Origin: Bacteroidaceae bacterium
GTDB lineage: Bacteria; Bacteroidota; Bacteroidia; Bacteroidales; Bacteroidaceae
Assembly: GCA_963678855.1 (NCBI GenBank)
Contig: OY787448.1
Coordinates: 1,348,615 to 1,412,614, forward strand
Direction of reading: 5' to 3'
Length of the DNA stretch: 64,000 nucleotides
The position numbers were made by a program, and so were the translations under genes. Of the stretch, positions 35,340 to 44,321 are shown one piece after another; position 1 is the stretch's first letter; the number at the start of each line of letters is the position of its first letter. Under the pieces are notes generated by a model. That model was not told the DNA's origin. It did no database searches and saw nothing but the letters and a program-made list of their open reading frames with translations.

Positions 35340-36860
35340 ATGAACAGACAGACTCAGACTCAAACTACAGCTCAGACTCAGACCTTGGCCCCTCAACAAA
35401 TACTGACGGTCAAGCTGATAGAATTGCCCATTGTAGAAATGGAGCAACGAGTGCGTGATGAGCTTTTGGATAATCCCGCACTTGTTGAAGGGCATGACAA
35501 GGATGAGGAAGAAGTGTCTGAAAACAATACTCAAGAAGAGGAACTTGATAGCTCTGATAGTGACGAACCGTCAGAATTAACCGATGAACCTGAACTATCA
35601 GCTGATGACTTATTAGGATCAGACGATGTTTTAGCAGATTATCTAACCGAAGATGACATCCCAGACTACAGACTCAGCGAACCTGGTAGACAAAGAGATG
35701 ACGAACGTGAAGACATCCCTTACTCAGAAGGGACATCTTTTCTTGAGTATCTCAACGAACAGATTCAAGAACAAGACTTCACTGAAGAAGAAGCCCAACT
35801 TGCTGAATATATCATAGGATCATTAGACAATGACGGTTTGCTGCGCAAGCCTCTTGTCGCTATCCAAGACGAGCTGGCGATTTATATAGGAATCGAACAC
35901 AGCATGGATACAATGGAACACGTGTTAAGCTGCGTGCAGTCTATGGATCCTCCTGGAATCGCAGCACGTGATTTGCAGGAATGTCTACTGCTACAGTTGC
36001 AGCGACTTACCCCATGCGACAAAGTAGACCGTGCAACCGCCGTCATTAGTCACCACTTCAAATTGTTTACTTTGAAGAAATGGAGACAGATACAGACTAA
36101 ATTGGGGATAGACGATGAAGATATGGAAGAAGTACTTCACGAAATCACATCGCTGACGCCCAAACCTGGTGCTTCATTAGGAGAAGTCTTAGGAAAAACG
36201 ATGCAAACTATTGTTCCTGACTTCACGGTTGAAACCGACGAAAATGGTCAAATAATTATGTCTCTCAATGGGCGTGGCATCCCGCCATTGAGAATAAGTC
36301 AGGAATTCCGAACAATAATTGAAGAACATACAAAAAACAAAGCCAATCAGAGCAAAAAGTCGCAAGAAGCTATTATCTTTGTAAAGCAGAAGCTTCAAGC
36401 CGCTCAAGGCTTTATTGACGCTGTCAAACAACGTCATCAGACCTTGACTGGCACGATGCAAGCCATCATCGACCTTCAACGTCCTTTTTTTATTGATGGA
36501 GATGAGGGCCTACTGCAACCCATGAAATTAGAAGATGTTGCTAACATCACAGGGCTGGATATATCAACCATCTCACGAGTAAGCAACAGCAAATATGTAC
36601 AGACTAACTTTGGGATATTTCCACTGAAATTTTTCTTCAACAATGGATATCAATTAGAAGATGGTGAAGAGTTGTCAGTACGTCGTATCAAGCAAGCCCT
36701 ACAAGACTTGATTGATAACGAAGACAAAACTAAACCATTAGCCGACGAACGACTAGCGAAGCTAATGAAAGACCAAGGATTTCCTATTGCTCGTCGTACT
36801 ATTGCCAAATACCGTGACCAACTGGAGATACCAGTTGCACGACTTAGAAAAGAAAAATAA
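35340..36860 (+). CDS. rpoN: RNA polymerase sigma-54 factor
   Basis: 506 aa. Gln-rich region I, acidic region II, C-terminal HTH and RpoN box (ARRTIAKYRDQLEIP). Confidence 0.93.
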   Translation: MNRQTQTQTTAQTQTLAPQQILTVKLIELPIVEMEQRVRDELLDNPALVEGHDKDEEEVSENNTQEEELDSSDSDEPSELTDEPELSADDLLGSDDVLADYLTEDDIPDYRLSEPGRQRDDEREDIPYSEGTSFLEYLNEQIQEQDFTEEEAQLAEYIIGSLDNDGLLRKPLVAIQDELAIYIGIEHSMDTMEHVLSCVQSMDPPGIAARDLQECLLLQLQRLTPCDKVDRATAVISHHFKLFTLKKWRQIQTKLGIDDEDMEEVLHEITSLTPKPGASLGEVLGKTMQTIVPDFTVETDENGQIIMSLNGRGIPPLRISQEFRTIIEEHTKNKANQSKKSQEAIIFVKQKLQAAQGFIDAVKQRHQTLTGTMQAIIDLQRPFFIDGDEGLLQPMKLEDVANITGLDISTISRVSNSKYVQTNFGIFPLKFFFNNGYQLEDGEELSVRRIKQALQDLIDNEDKTKPLADERLAKLMKDQGFPIARRTIAKYRDQLEIPVARLRKEK

Positions 36861-36910
36861 ATCTGCCGAGAATAAACCTAAATAATTATTTACCTTAAAC
36901 TGAAAGAACC

Positions 36911-37297
36911 ATGAATTTTCCAGAAGAACTAAAGTACACAAAAGATCACGAGTGGGTACGCATTGATGCAGACGGAACTGCCTACATAGGCATCACAGAC
37001 TACGCACAAAGCCAACTTGGTGATATTGTATTCGTAGATATCACAACAGAAGGCGAAACGCTAGATGCTGAAGAAGTATTCGGTACAATAGAAGTCGTGA
37101 AAACAGTGTCTGATTTATTTATGCCTATCTCTGGTGAAATACTAGAAGTCAACGAGAAGATTGAAGACGAACCAGAAACAGTCAACGATAGTCCATACGG
37201 GGATGGTTGGTTGATTAAAGTACAACCTTCAGATGCAAGCGAGCTTGACGGTCTCCTTGACGCAACAGCATACAAAGCATTGATCAATGAAGACTAA
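36911..37297 (+). CDS. gcvH: glycine cleavage system protein H
   Basis: 128 aa. YTKDHEWVR, lipoyl-lysine segment [26 protein letters not shown]. Confidence 0.95.
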   Translation: MNFPEELKYTKDHEWVRIDADGTAYIGITDYAQSQLGDIVFVDITTEGETLDAEEVFGTIEVVKTVSDLFMPISGEILEVNEKIEDEPETVNDSPYGDGWLIKVQPSDASELDGLLDATAYKALINED

Positions 37298-37325
37298 GTT
37301 ATTGAGCTTATTATCACAATAGTAA

Positions 37326-37368
37326 GAGGCTGTGTCAAAAGTACTTGACGCAGCCTCATCATTTTTTT
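37326..37368 (+). terminator. intrinsic terminator of gcvH
   Basis: GAGGCTGTGTCAA-AAGTAC-TTGACGCAGCCTC followed by ATCATTTTTTT. Confidence 0.85.
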
Positions 37369-37538
37369 AAAGCCAACTGGAATCCCAACAGACTGTTTAC
37401 CAGCGTTTATAAGCTTCCAAATAGTTTTCTCACCCCTTACAATCGTGCATAAGTGTACATTTATACTTAGAAAGAAGCCTTACGATATTCACAGCGTAGC
37501 CTAAGAAATTCATTTTACTTAGTATCCACCAACCAGAA

Positions 37539-37584
37539 GCAAAAAATAAAGGGCTGCGCCAAACACTTTATGACGTAGCCCTTT
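37539..37584 (-). terminator. intrinsic terminator of ispG
   Basis: Minus strand: AAAGGGCTACG-(15 nt)-CGCAGCCCTTT followed by ATTTTTTGC. Confidence 0.7.
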
Positions 37585-37611
37585 ATTGTATAGAGTAAGC
37601 TAACAGCTCAA

Positions 37612-39447
37612 TTACTTCTTCATATCCTCAGCTATAAAGGCCAACAACTCATCCACAGCTTGATCTTCTGGGATATTCTTCTTAATGCAGTGATGCCCTT
37701 TATACAGACTAATCTTACCGCGCCCTGCACCAACATAGCCATAATCTGCATCAGCCATCTCACCAGGACCATTGACGATACATCCCATAATACCAATCTT
37801 CAAACCAGTCAGGTGGCTAGTAGCGGCTTTGACCTTCGCGATAGTCTCTTCTAGGTTGTAAAGCGTACGACCACAACCTGGACATGATATATACTCTACT
37901 TTACTAGTGCGTAAGCGACCTGCTTGCAAAATTCCAAAACTAATAGCATCCACTTCTTCGTAAACCACACCTCCTTGATTAAAGACACATAGACCATCCA
38001 AAAGTCCATCCATCATCAGAGCGCCAGTATCGGCAGCTGCCTTAATCATAAGGTCACCCTTATCATTTTCATTGTAGTATTGGAAGAACACAACTGGATG
38101 TGTCAACTCAGCACGCATCAGTTGGTGTACCAGTGCTCTATGCTCACCTACTCGATTTGGATTGTTACTTTGAGATACAATGACAACTTCTGGGTGATGT
38201 TTTAGAACTGCCATCACCTCGTCCGTACAAGCCATATAAGGCATAAACAAGAACTTCAGCGTCGCAGACGAAGTATCTATAAGATTTAATTGTTCATGAT
38301 TAAAGGCTGGCCATACATTTTCCTGGTCAGTCCACACATCAGCATCTACAACGTATTGCTGCCCTGACACCAAAGTCTCTGGAAGTTTTTTACCGACATA
38401 TAAATAGTCAGGATTAAATTGTTCAGAAACGCTCAGTTCACCATCTACTCGCACGGAGAAAACTACAGGCTGATTCTCACCACCTATATTGTGTACAGTA
38501 TGCGTTTTGCGACGTGCAGGAGAGAAATAATTAAACCTTTCTGCTACTGCAGCAGGAATATATGGATGTCCTTTTCTCCCTGTAATATAATCGACCAAAG
38601 CACGGGCTACAGGAATCTCCGCTTCAGGTGCCTCTGATAAAGACACACGAATAGTATCGCCAATACCATCAGACAGTAAAGCACCTATACCTACAGCACT
38701 CTTGATACGTCCATCTTCACCTTCACCTGCTTCGGTAACACCTAAGTGTAAAGGGAAAGTCATATTTTCTTTCTCCATGGCTGCGACCAACTGGCGCACA
38801 CTTTGTACCATCACAACCGTATTGGACGACTTGATAGAAATCACCACTTGATAAAACTCATGTTTAACACATACGCGCAAGAACTCCATACAGCTTTCTA
38901 CGATACCAGCAGGAGTATTGCCATAGTGAGACATGATACGATCCGAAAGCGAACCATGGTTGACTCCAATACGGATGGCTGTGCGATTCTCTTTACAAAT
39001 ATCCAAAAATAAACCTAAGCGCGCTTCTATTCGAGTCAACTCTTCTGTATATTCCTCTTCAGTATACTCAATTTGCTTAAACTTGCGAGCAGGATCTACA
39101 TAGTTACCAGGATTGATACGCACTTTCTCTGCATACAAAGCTGCTACATCAGCTACATTGGCATTGAAATGCACATCAGCGACTAGTGGCGCATTAATAC
39201 CTTCACGGCGTAGGCCTATATTGATCTCTTTGAGGTTTTCTGCCTCTCTTACACCTTGTGTAGTCAGACGCACTATTTCACCACCAGCAGCTACAATACG
39301 CTTAGACTGATCTATACACGCTTGTGTATCCATAGTATCAGTATTGGTCATAGACTGCAAACGAATAGGGTTGTCACCCCCTAAAGCCACCGCCCCCACT
39401 TGGACTGGCGAACTTACACGTCTTGTATAATTAAAAAGAAAATCCAT
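37612..39447 (-). CDS. ispG: 4-hydroxy-3-methylbut-2-en-1-yl diphosphate synthase (long form with inserted domain)
   Basis: Start at MDFLFNYTRR. IRLQSMTNTDT, VRINPGN, C-terminal 4Fe-4S ligands (CPGCGRT ... GCIVNGPGE). About 610 aa, consistent with the Bacteroidetes/Chlamydia/plant-type GcpE. Confidence 0.92.
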   Translation of the reverse strand: MDFLFNYTRRVSSPVQVGAVALGGDNPIRLQSMTNTDTMDTQACIDQSKRIVAAGGEIVRLTTQGVREAENLKEINIGLRREGINAPLVADVHFNANVADVAALYAEKVRINPGNYVDPARKFKQIEYTEEEYTEELTRIEARLGLFLDICKENRTAIRIGVNHGSLSDRIMSHYGNTPAGIVESCMEFLRVCVKHEFYQVVISIKSSNTVVMVQSVRQLVAAMEKENMTFPLHLGVTEAGEGEDGRIKSAVGIGALLSDGIGDTIRVSLSEAPEAEIPVARALVDYITGRKGHPYIPAAVAERFNYFSPARRKTHTVHNIGGENQPVVFSVRVDGELSVSEQFNPDYLYVGKKLPETLVSGQQYVVDADVWTDQENVWPAFNHEQLNLIDTSSATLKFLFMPYMACTDEVMAVLKHHPEVVIVSQSNNPNRVGEHRALVHQLMRAELTHPVVFFQYYNENDKGDLMIKAAADTGALMMDGLLDGLCVFNQGGVVYEEVDAISFGILQAGRLRTSKVEYISCPGCGRTLYNLEETIAKVKAATSHLTGLKIGIMGCIVNGPGEMADADYGYVGAGRGKISLYKGHHCIKKNIPEDQAVDELLAFIAEDMKK

Positions 39448-39636
39448 TATATTATTCTTGAATATTGTATAGTTTAAATCACAAACCATTCACTTTGTGA
39501 CTCTTTTACCATTGTTGATACCAAATCTCTTACTCATTATGAAGCCATCTTACCTTACTATTACAAGATATCTGCAAATACAGTACTACTATGATTATCT
39601 TTATATGACAAGTGATACAAACTATAATGCAATCAT

Positions 39637-39724
39637 GTATAGTCCTAGGTGTATACATGCATAGATGGGCATCTATACGCGTATAGTCCTAGATCTATAC
39701 ATGTATGGATGCCCATCTATACAC
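39637..39724. repeat. two tandem imperfect 44-bp direct repeats
   Basis: A: GTATAGTCCTAGGTGTATACATGCATAGATGGGCATCTATACGC. B: GTATAGTCCTAGATCTATACATGTATGGATGCCCATCTATACAC. 37 of 44 positions are identical by my count. GATGGGCATC in A is the reverse complement of GATGCCCATC in B. Confidence 0.8.
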
Positions 39725-39787
39725 ACTCGCGACCTAGCGAAAATTCACTCTCGTAGTACTACGAACGCGCCAAGCTTAGCGTGCCGA

Positions 39788-39833
39788 ACACAAAAGAAGA
39801 GAATGAATCAAGGATATCCATTGATACATTCTC
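39788..39833 (-). terminator. terminator of purE
   Basis: Minus strand: GAGAATGTATCAATGGAT/ATCCTTGATTCATTCTC (17-bp stem, 2 mismatches) followed by TTCTTTTGTGTT, 10 nt after the purE stop. Confidence 0.6.
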
Positions 39834-39843
39834 ATCATATCTA

Positions 39844-40350
39844 CTAGTTAGTTTTGTATTTAAATTCCACGTGAGCAAGCTCTGCATTGGCTTTTACAAT
39901 TTTCTCGCTCAACTTTGACTTAAATAGCTCAAATCTTTCACTCACTACTTCATCACTTAGGCTAAGCATTTGAGTAGCTAGGATAGCTGCATTTTGTGCA
40001 CCATTGATACCGACTGTTGCTACTGGGATGCCAGGAGGCATTTGTACGATAGCTAGCAAGGCATCCATACCTTGAAGAGAGGCCGCGATAGGCACACCAA
40101 TAACAGGAAGTGAAGTAGAAGCAGCAATAACACCAGGAAGGTGTGCCGCCATACCTGCAGCAGCAATAATCACTTTAATACCACGTCCAGGTGCTTCTTT
40201 AGCAAACTTCTCTACTTCTGTAGGAGTACGATGCGCCGAAAGTGCATGAATTTCAAAAGGAATTTGCATGTCATCTAGAAAGATAGCTGCCTTTTCCATT
40301 ACTGGCAGATCCGATGTACTACCCATAATAATACTTACAATTGGCTTCAT
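39844..40350 (-). CDS. purE: 5-(carboxyamino)imidazole ribonucleotide mutase
   Basis: 168 aa. [32 protein letters not shown]...[14 protein letters not shown]. Confidence 0.95.
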   Translation of the reverse strand: MKPIVSIIMGSTSDLPVMEKAAIFLDDMQIPFEIHALSAHRTPTEVEKFAKEAPGRGIKVIIAAAGMAAHLPGVIAASTSLPVIGVPIAASLQGMDALLAIVQMPPGIPVATVGINGAQNAAILATQMLSLSDEVVSERFELFKSKLSEKIVKANAELAHVEFKYKTN

Positions 40351-40387
40351 AATTTTCTTGTTTTTGTTTGGTTATTGAGTTATGCTA

Positions 40388-40395
40388 CAAAAATA
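40388..40395 (-). promoter_or_regulatory. -7 promoter box (TATTTTTG) for purE
   Basis: Minus-strand TATTTTTG, about 38 nt upstream of the ATG at 40350. Confidence 0.4.
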
Positions 40396-40538
40396 GGTAG
40401 AATACAGCAAAGGAACAAATAGGCAGCGTTAAAATCGTTATATACAAACAGACACCATACAGCAAAGCTGCACAGTGTCTGATATTTTTATGACGAAGTA
40501 CTTGTACTGAATCTTCGTTGATTGACATTCAGAAACAA

Positions 40539-40760
40539 TTAGTACTCTTCCTCATTAAAGAAGAAATCATCCTTACTTGGGTAGTCAGGCCATAAATCTT
40601 CAATCGTCTCATACATTTCACCTTCGTCCTCAATCTCTTGAAGGTTCTCAATTACCTCCAACGGAGCTCCAGAACGAATAGCGTAATCAATCAACTCATC
40701 CTTGGTTGCTGGCCAAGGTGCATCTTCTAGCTTAGATGCAAGTTCAAGTGTCCAATACAT
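40539..40760 (-). CDS. DUF2795 domain-containing protein
   Basis: 73 aa. LEDAPWPATKDELIDYAIRSGAPLEVIENLQEI matches the DUF2795 pattern as I remember it (..FPA.K.ELI..A...GAP..V...L..L). Confidence 0.75.
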   Translation of the reverse strand: MYWTLELASKLEDAPWPATKDELIDYAIRSGAPLEVIENLQEIEDEGEMYETIEDLWPDYPSKDDFFFNEEEY

Positions 40761-40834
40761 ACAATTATTTTTAAAGAGTAATTATTTATTAACATATCCT
40801 TTCGAGCACAAAAATAGTACTTTTTACGTCATTT

Positions 40835-41410
40835 TCAAATATTATTCCAGAAAACTTCAGTCGCACCAGCTATTTGATTCATCTTTCTAGCTTGTACAAA
40901 TAGATAGTCAGACAACCTATTGATAAAAGCTATTACGACAGAGTCTATTTCAGCCTCATCAGTCAATGCCAAAATGCGACGTTCTGCACGACGACATACG
41001 GTACGTGCTTGGTGACAAAATGCAGCTCCTCGACTGCCACTAGGTAATATAAAACCGCTCAACTTAGGCAGCTGTCCGTCTATGGCATCTATTCTGGCTT
41101 CTATCTCATCAACACGCACTTGCTCTACGGTGGTAGCTTTAGTCAGTTGCGTACTTGTAGTATCAGTTGCTAGGTACCCACCAATGCTAAACAGTTGATG
41201 CTGAACTTGAAGAAGGAAATCAATATCATCCTTGTCTTCCAGATAGCTAATAACTACTCCTAAGACAGAATTTAGTTCATCGACTGTGCCATAAGCTTCC
41301 AATCTTACACTTTGCTTAGACACCCGCTGTCCTCCTACAAGTGAAGTCATTCCTTTATCTCCTCCGCGAGTATAAACCATGCTTTTCTTTTTCTCCATCA
41401 TAAGCGTCAT
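40835..41410 (-). CDS. ATP:cob(I)alamin adenosyltransferase, PduO type
   Basis: VYTRGGDKGMTSLVGGQRVSK N-terminal signature and a four-helix-bundle body. The true start may be the internal Met at 41380 (MVYTRGGDKG). Confidence 0.88.
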   Translation of the reverse strand: MTLMMEKKKSMVYTRGGDKGMTSLVGGQRVSKQSVRLEAYGTVDELNSVLGVVISYLEDKDDIDFLLQVQHQLFSIGGYLATDTTSTQLTKATTVEQVRVDEIEARIDAIDGQLPKLSGFILPSGSRGAAFCHQARTVCRRAERRILALTDEAEIDSVVIAFINRLSDYLFVQARKMNQIAGATEVFWNNI

Positions 41411-41419
41411 ATTTATAGA

Positions 41420-42037
41420 TTATATTTCAAGGAATCTCAACGGCAACCTCGATTCTTTCTTTATCACACCTTGTGCTGCCATATCATATATACCAATACC
41501 TCCAGAAAGTCGCCTCCAAAGCGACTGCCATGCTAGTTCGTGTGTGTTTGACGAATGGATCCCCTCACATAAACACGTACTATCATCTGGAGCCACCAAA
41601 AGCCAATCACTCAGCTGATGTATTAATGACGATTCCACAACTAGCGACTTATCAACAAAGACTAGAGTTTTTTCTCCACTAGTCCAATATGCCTCTTTAA
41701 TTTGTCCGACCGAAGTGACAATCTGACATTGTATCCCCCTTTTACCAGCATCTAGGTACTGTGCTACTAACTGCCCTTTCTTTTCAGATGAAGTAACAAT
41801 CAAAGCACGAGTCGCTTGACAGTCATTGGCAAGACGGAACAACAGGCGTAAAAGCCCGATTTCCATCATTCCTGATTCAGGTAAGGTCTTATATGCATAA
41901 TACATGCTTTTTTGAAAAAGTACTTGACGAATATAGTAATACCTATTTGGAGAGTGCACTCCAAATCCAGCTCGAACTCGCCTTCTCTTCAAATAAGACA
42001 CAATAGCAAATTTCTTCAAGATACGCTTCATACACAA
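41420..42037 (-). CDS. conserved hypothetical protein (no confident family)
   Basis: 205-aa ORF between argF' and the PduO gene, with tight spacing to both. The GFGVHSP segment faintly recalls a Bacteroidetes methyltransferase-like family, but I see no SAM-binding GxGxG. Confidence 0.5.
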   Translation of the reverse strand: MCMKRILKKFAIVSYLKRRRVRAGFGVHSPNRYYYIRQVLFQKSMYYAYKTLPESGMMEIGLLRLLFRLANDCQATRALIVTSSEKKGQLVAQYLDAGKRGIQCQIVTSVGQIKEAYWTSGEKTLVFVDKSLVVESSLIHQLSDWLLVAPDDSTCLCEGIHSSNTHELAWQSLWRRLSGGIGIYDMAAQGVIKKESRLPLRFLEI

Positions 42038-42062
42038 AATAATTAGAACGGTAGTCTAATGC

Positions 42063-43016
42063 TTACAAATCTTCTAGTAGACGTTTTAAAACGACTGTAG
42101 CAGATATTTCGCGATTCGCTGCCTGTGGAATAACAAGCGATTGTGGGCTTTCAATCACATCATCTGTCACAATCATATTACGGCGCACAGGCAAACAGTG
42201 CATAAAATGCGCGTTATTTGTTACCGCCATTTGTCGCTCGCCAACTGTCCAATTTCTGTCTGTACTCAAAATTTCACCATAATGCTCAGGTGAAGCGACA
42301 GCCCAGTTTTTCGCATATATAAAATCAGCATCTTCAAATGCCTTCATTTGGTCATACTCTATTCGTGCTCCTTCAGTGAAGCTAGGATCTAGCTCATACC
42401 CCTCTGGATGTGTAATCACAAAGTCGTAATCAGCAGCAATCATCCATTCTGCAAATGAATTTGGTACAGCTTGAGGCAATGCTCTAGGGTGTGGTGCCCA
42501 CGTCAAGACAACCTTAGGACGCTCCACCTTCTTATGCTCTTCGATTGTTATCAAATCGGCAAAGCTTTGCAATGGATGACGAGTAGATGCCTCCATAGAA
42601 AAAACAGGTACACCAGCATACTTGATAAACTGATTCAAGATAACTTCTTGATAATCATAATCACGGTCTTCAAAACGAGCAAAGCTACGCACACCGATAA
42701 TGTCGCAATAGCTAGCCATTACAGGAATCGCTTCCAATAGATGTTCTGGCTTATCGCCATCCATAATCACCCCACGCTCTGTTTCTAGTTTCCAAGCACC
42801 ATTATTGACATCTAGGACGATTACGTTCATACCTAGATTGGTCGCTGCTTTTTGTGTACTCAATCTAGTACGTAGACTAGAATTGAAGAAAAGCATCAAC
42901 AATGTTTTATTTTTACCCAGTTCTTGAAACTGGAATCTATCTTCTTTAATAGTCAGTGCCTCTTGTACTGCCTCTTTCAAAGGGCCTATATCGCCCACAC
43001 AAGTAAATTGCTTCAT
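42063..43016 (-). CDS. argF: N-succinylornithine carbamoyltransferase (Bacteroides ArgF' type)
   Basis: 317 aa. FFNSSLRTRLSTQKAA, KLETERGVIMDGDKPEHLLEAIPVM, ATRHPLQSFADLITIEE, HCLPVRRN. Very close to the B. fragilis ArgF' sequence as I remember it. Confidence 0.9.
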   Translation of the reverse strand: MKQFTCVGDIGPLKEAVQEALTIKEDRFQFQELGKNKTLLMLFFNSSLRTRLSTQKAATNLGMNVIVLDVNNGAWKLETERGVIMDGDKPEHLLEAIPVMASYCDIIGVRSFARFEDRDYDYQEVILNQFIKYAGVPVFSMEASTRHPLQSFADLITIEEHKKVERPKVVLTWAPHPRALPQAVPNSFAEWMIAADYDFVITHPEGYELDPSFTEGARIEYDQMKAFEDADFIYAKNWAVASPEHYGEILSTDRNWTVGERQMAVTNNAHFMHCLPVRRNMIVTDDVIESPQSLVIPQAANREISATVVLKRLLEDL

Positions 43017-43034
43017 AATTCTTTTCTTTAAACG

Positions 43035-44282
43035 TTACACTGGTCTTGTTTGTCCATCACCTTTTATAATCCACTTATAAGAACATAACTCTTGCAAAGC
43101 CATTGGCCCACGAGCATGTAATTTCTGTGTACTAATTCCTATCTCAGCCCCCAGTCCAAACTGAGCACCATCGGTAAATGCAGTCGATACATTGTGGTAT
43201 ACACATGCAGCATCCACCTGCTTCAAAAAATCTTCGGCAGCCATCTTGTCGGCTGTTACGATACACTCACTATGTTTACTGCTATGTATTCTCACGTATC
43301 GGATAGCCTCTTCAAGAGATTCTACTGTACGAATAGACATACGCATGGATAAAAACTCAGTTCCAAAATGTGCTTCAGTAGCCTCTGCAAGATACTCATC
43401 AGGATAATTCCCTTTCAGTTTCTGATAACTTTTAGAGTCGGCATAAATCATCACCTTCTTCTCACCAAGTTCTTTACATATTAGTGGAAGATCTGCAAGT
43501 TTTTCTTCGTGAAGTACCATGCAATCTAAAGCGTTACACACACTCACACGTCTAGTTTTTGCATTCGTCACGATGTTTTTTGCCATATCAACATCAGCTG
43601 CTGCATCTACATAAGTATGGCAAATACCTGCACCCGTCTCAATCACTGGTACTTTGGCATTATCTCGCACATACTGTATCAAGCCGCTACTACCTCTAGG
43701 GATAATCAAGTCTACATATCCTACAGCTCCTATCAAGTCTTGAGTTGCTTGTCTATCTGATGGCAGCAAGTTAACCACATCGGGATTAACCTGATGATAG
43801 CCCAGCACCTTACGGATAAGAGCAACAATAGCTTTGTTTGATTCTTTTGCAAAACTACCGCCTTTTAATACACAAACATTCTGTGTTTTCAGACACAAGG
43901 AAAAGACATCAAAGCCCACATTTGGTCGAGCTTCATAGATGATGCCTATCACTCCGAAAGGCACACGTCTGCGTTGTAATTTAAATCCAGCTGCCGACTT
44001 AGTCTTATCAATAACCTCACCTACTGGTGAAGTCAACTCTGCAACATGTCGCATATCTGCTGCTATACCTGCAATACGTTCTTCAGTTAGCTTCAGACGG
44101 TCATATTTGGGATCCTCTGAATCCATCAACGCTAAGTCTTTAGCATTTGCTTCGAGCAAAACAGATATTTCTGACTCAGCAGCATCGGCTACTGCAAGTA
44201 AAATCTCATTGATTTTTTCTTCTGATATAAGCTGCAAATCAACAGTTGCCGCTTGTGCTTTATCCAACAATTCTTGAATCAT
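43035..44282 (-). CDS. proA: glutamate-5-semialdehyde dehydrogenase
   Basis: 415 aa. [14 protein letters not shown], catalytic Cys region ([14 protein letters not shown]), [17 protein letters not shown]. Confidence 0.93.
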   Translation of the reverse strand: MIQELLDKAQAATVDLQLISEEKINEILLAVADAAESEISVLLEANAKDLALMDSEDPKYDRLKLTEERIAGIAADMRHVAELTSPVGEVIDKTKSAAGFKLQRRRVPFGVIGIIYEARPNVGFDVFSLCLKTQNVCVLKGGSFAKESNKAIVALIRKVLGYHQVNPDVVNLLPSDRQATQDLIGAVGYVDLIIPRGSSGLIQYVRDNAKVPVIETGAGICHTYVDAAADVDMAKNIVTNAKTRRVSVCNALDCMVLHEEKLADLPLICKELGEKKVMIYADSKSYQKLKGNYPDEYLAEATEAHFGTEFLSMRMSIRTVESLEEAIRYVRIHSSKHSECIVTADKMAAEDFLKQVDAACVYHNVSTAFTDGAQFGLGAEIGISTQKLHARGPMALQELCSYKWIIKGDGQTRPV

Positions 44283-44321
44283 ACTATGAGTCTTTAGATA
44301 GTTATTATGGGATCAACTGGA

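Noticed and set aside
35169-35534. 121-aa minus-strand ORF overlapping the ppx 3' end and the rpoN 5' end.
   Set aside because: It is antisense to two well-supported genes. Its repetitive LSLS tract is simply the reverse complement of the rpoN QT repeat.
39637-39724. CRISPR-like or invertible-promoter interpretation of the 44-bp repeats.
   Set aside because: There are only two directly abutting copies with no spacers, and no cas or invertase genes. The inverted segment is 13 bp with a 34-nt spacer, too small for an invertible promoter cassette.
39665-39847. 60-aa ORF (MGIYTRIVLDLYMYG...) in the purE-ispG spacer.
   Set aside because: It is built from the tandem repeat and the purE terminator. 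It has low-complexity composition, runs opposite to both neighbours, and has no promoter box.
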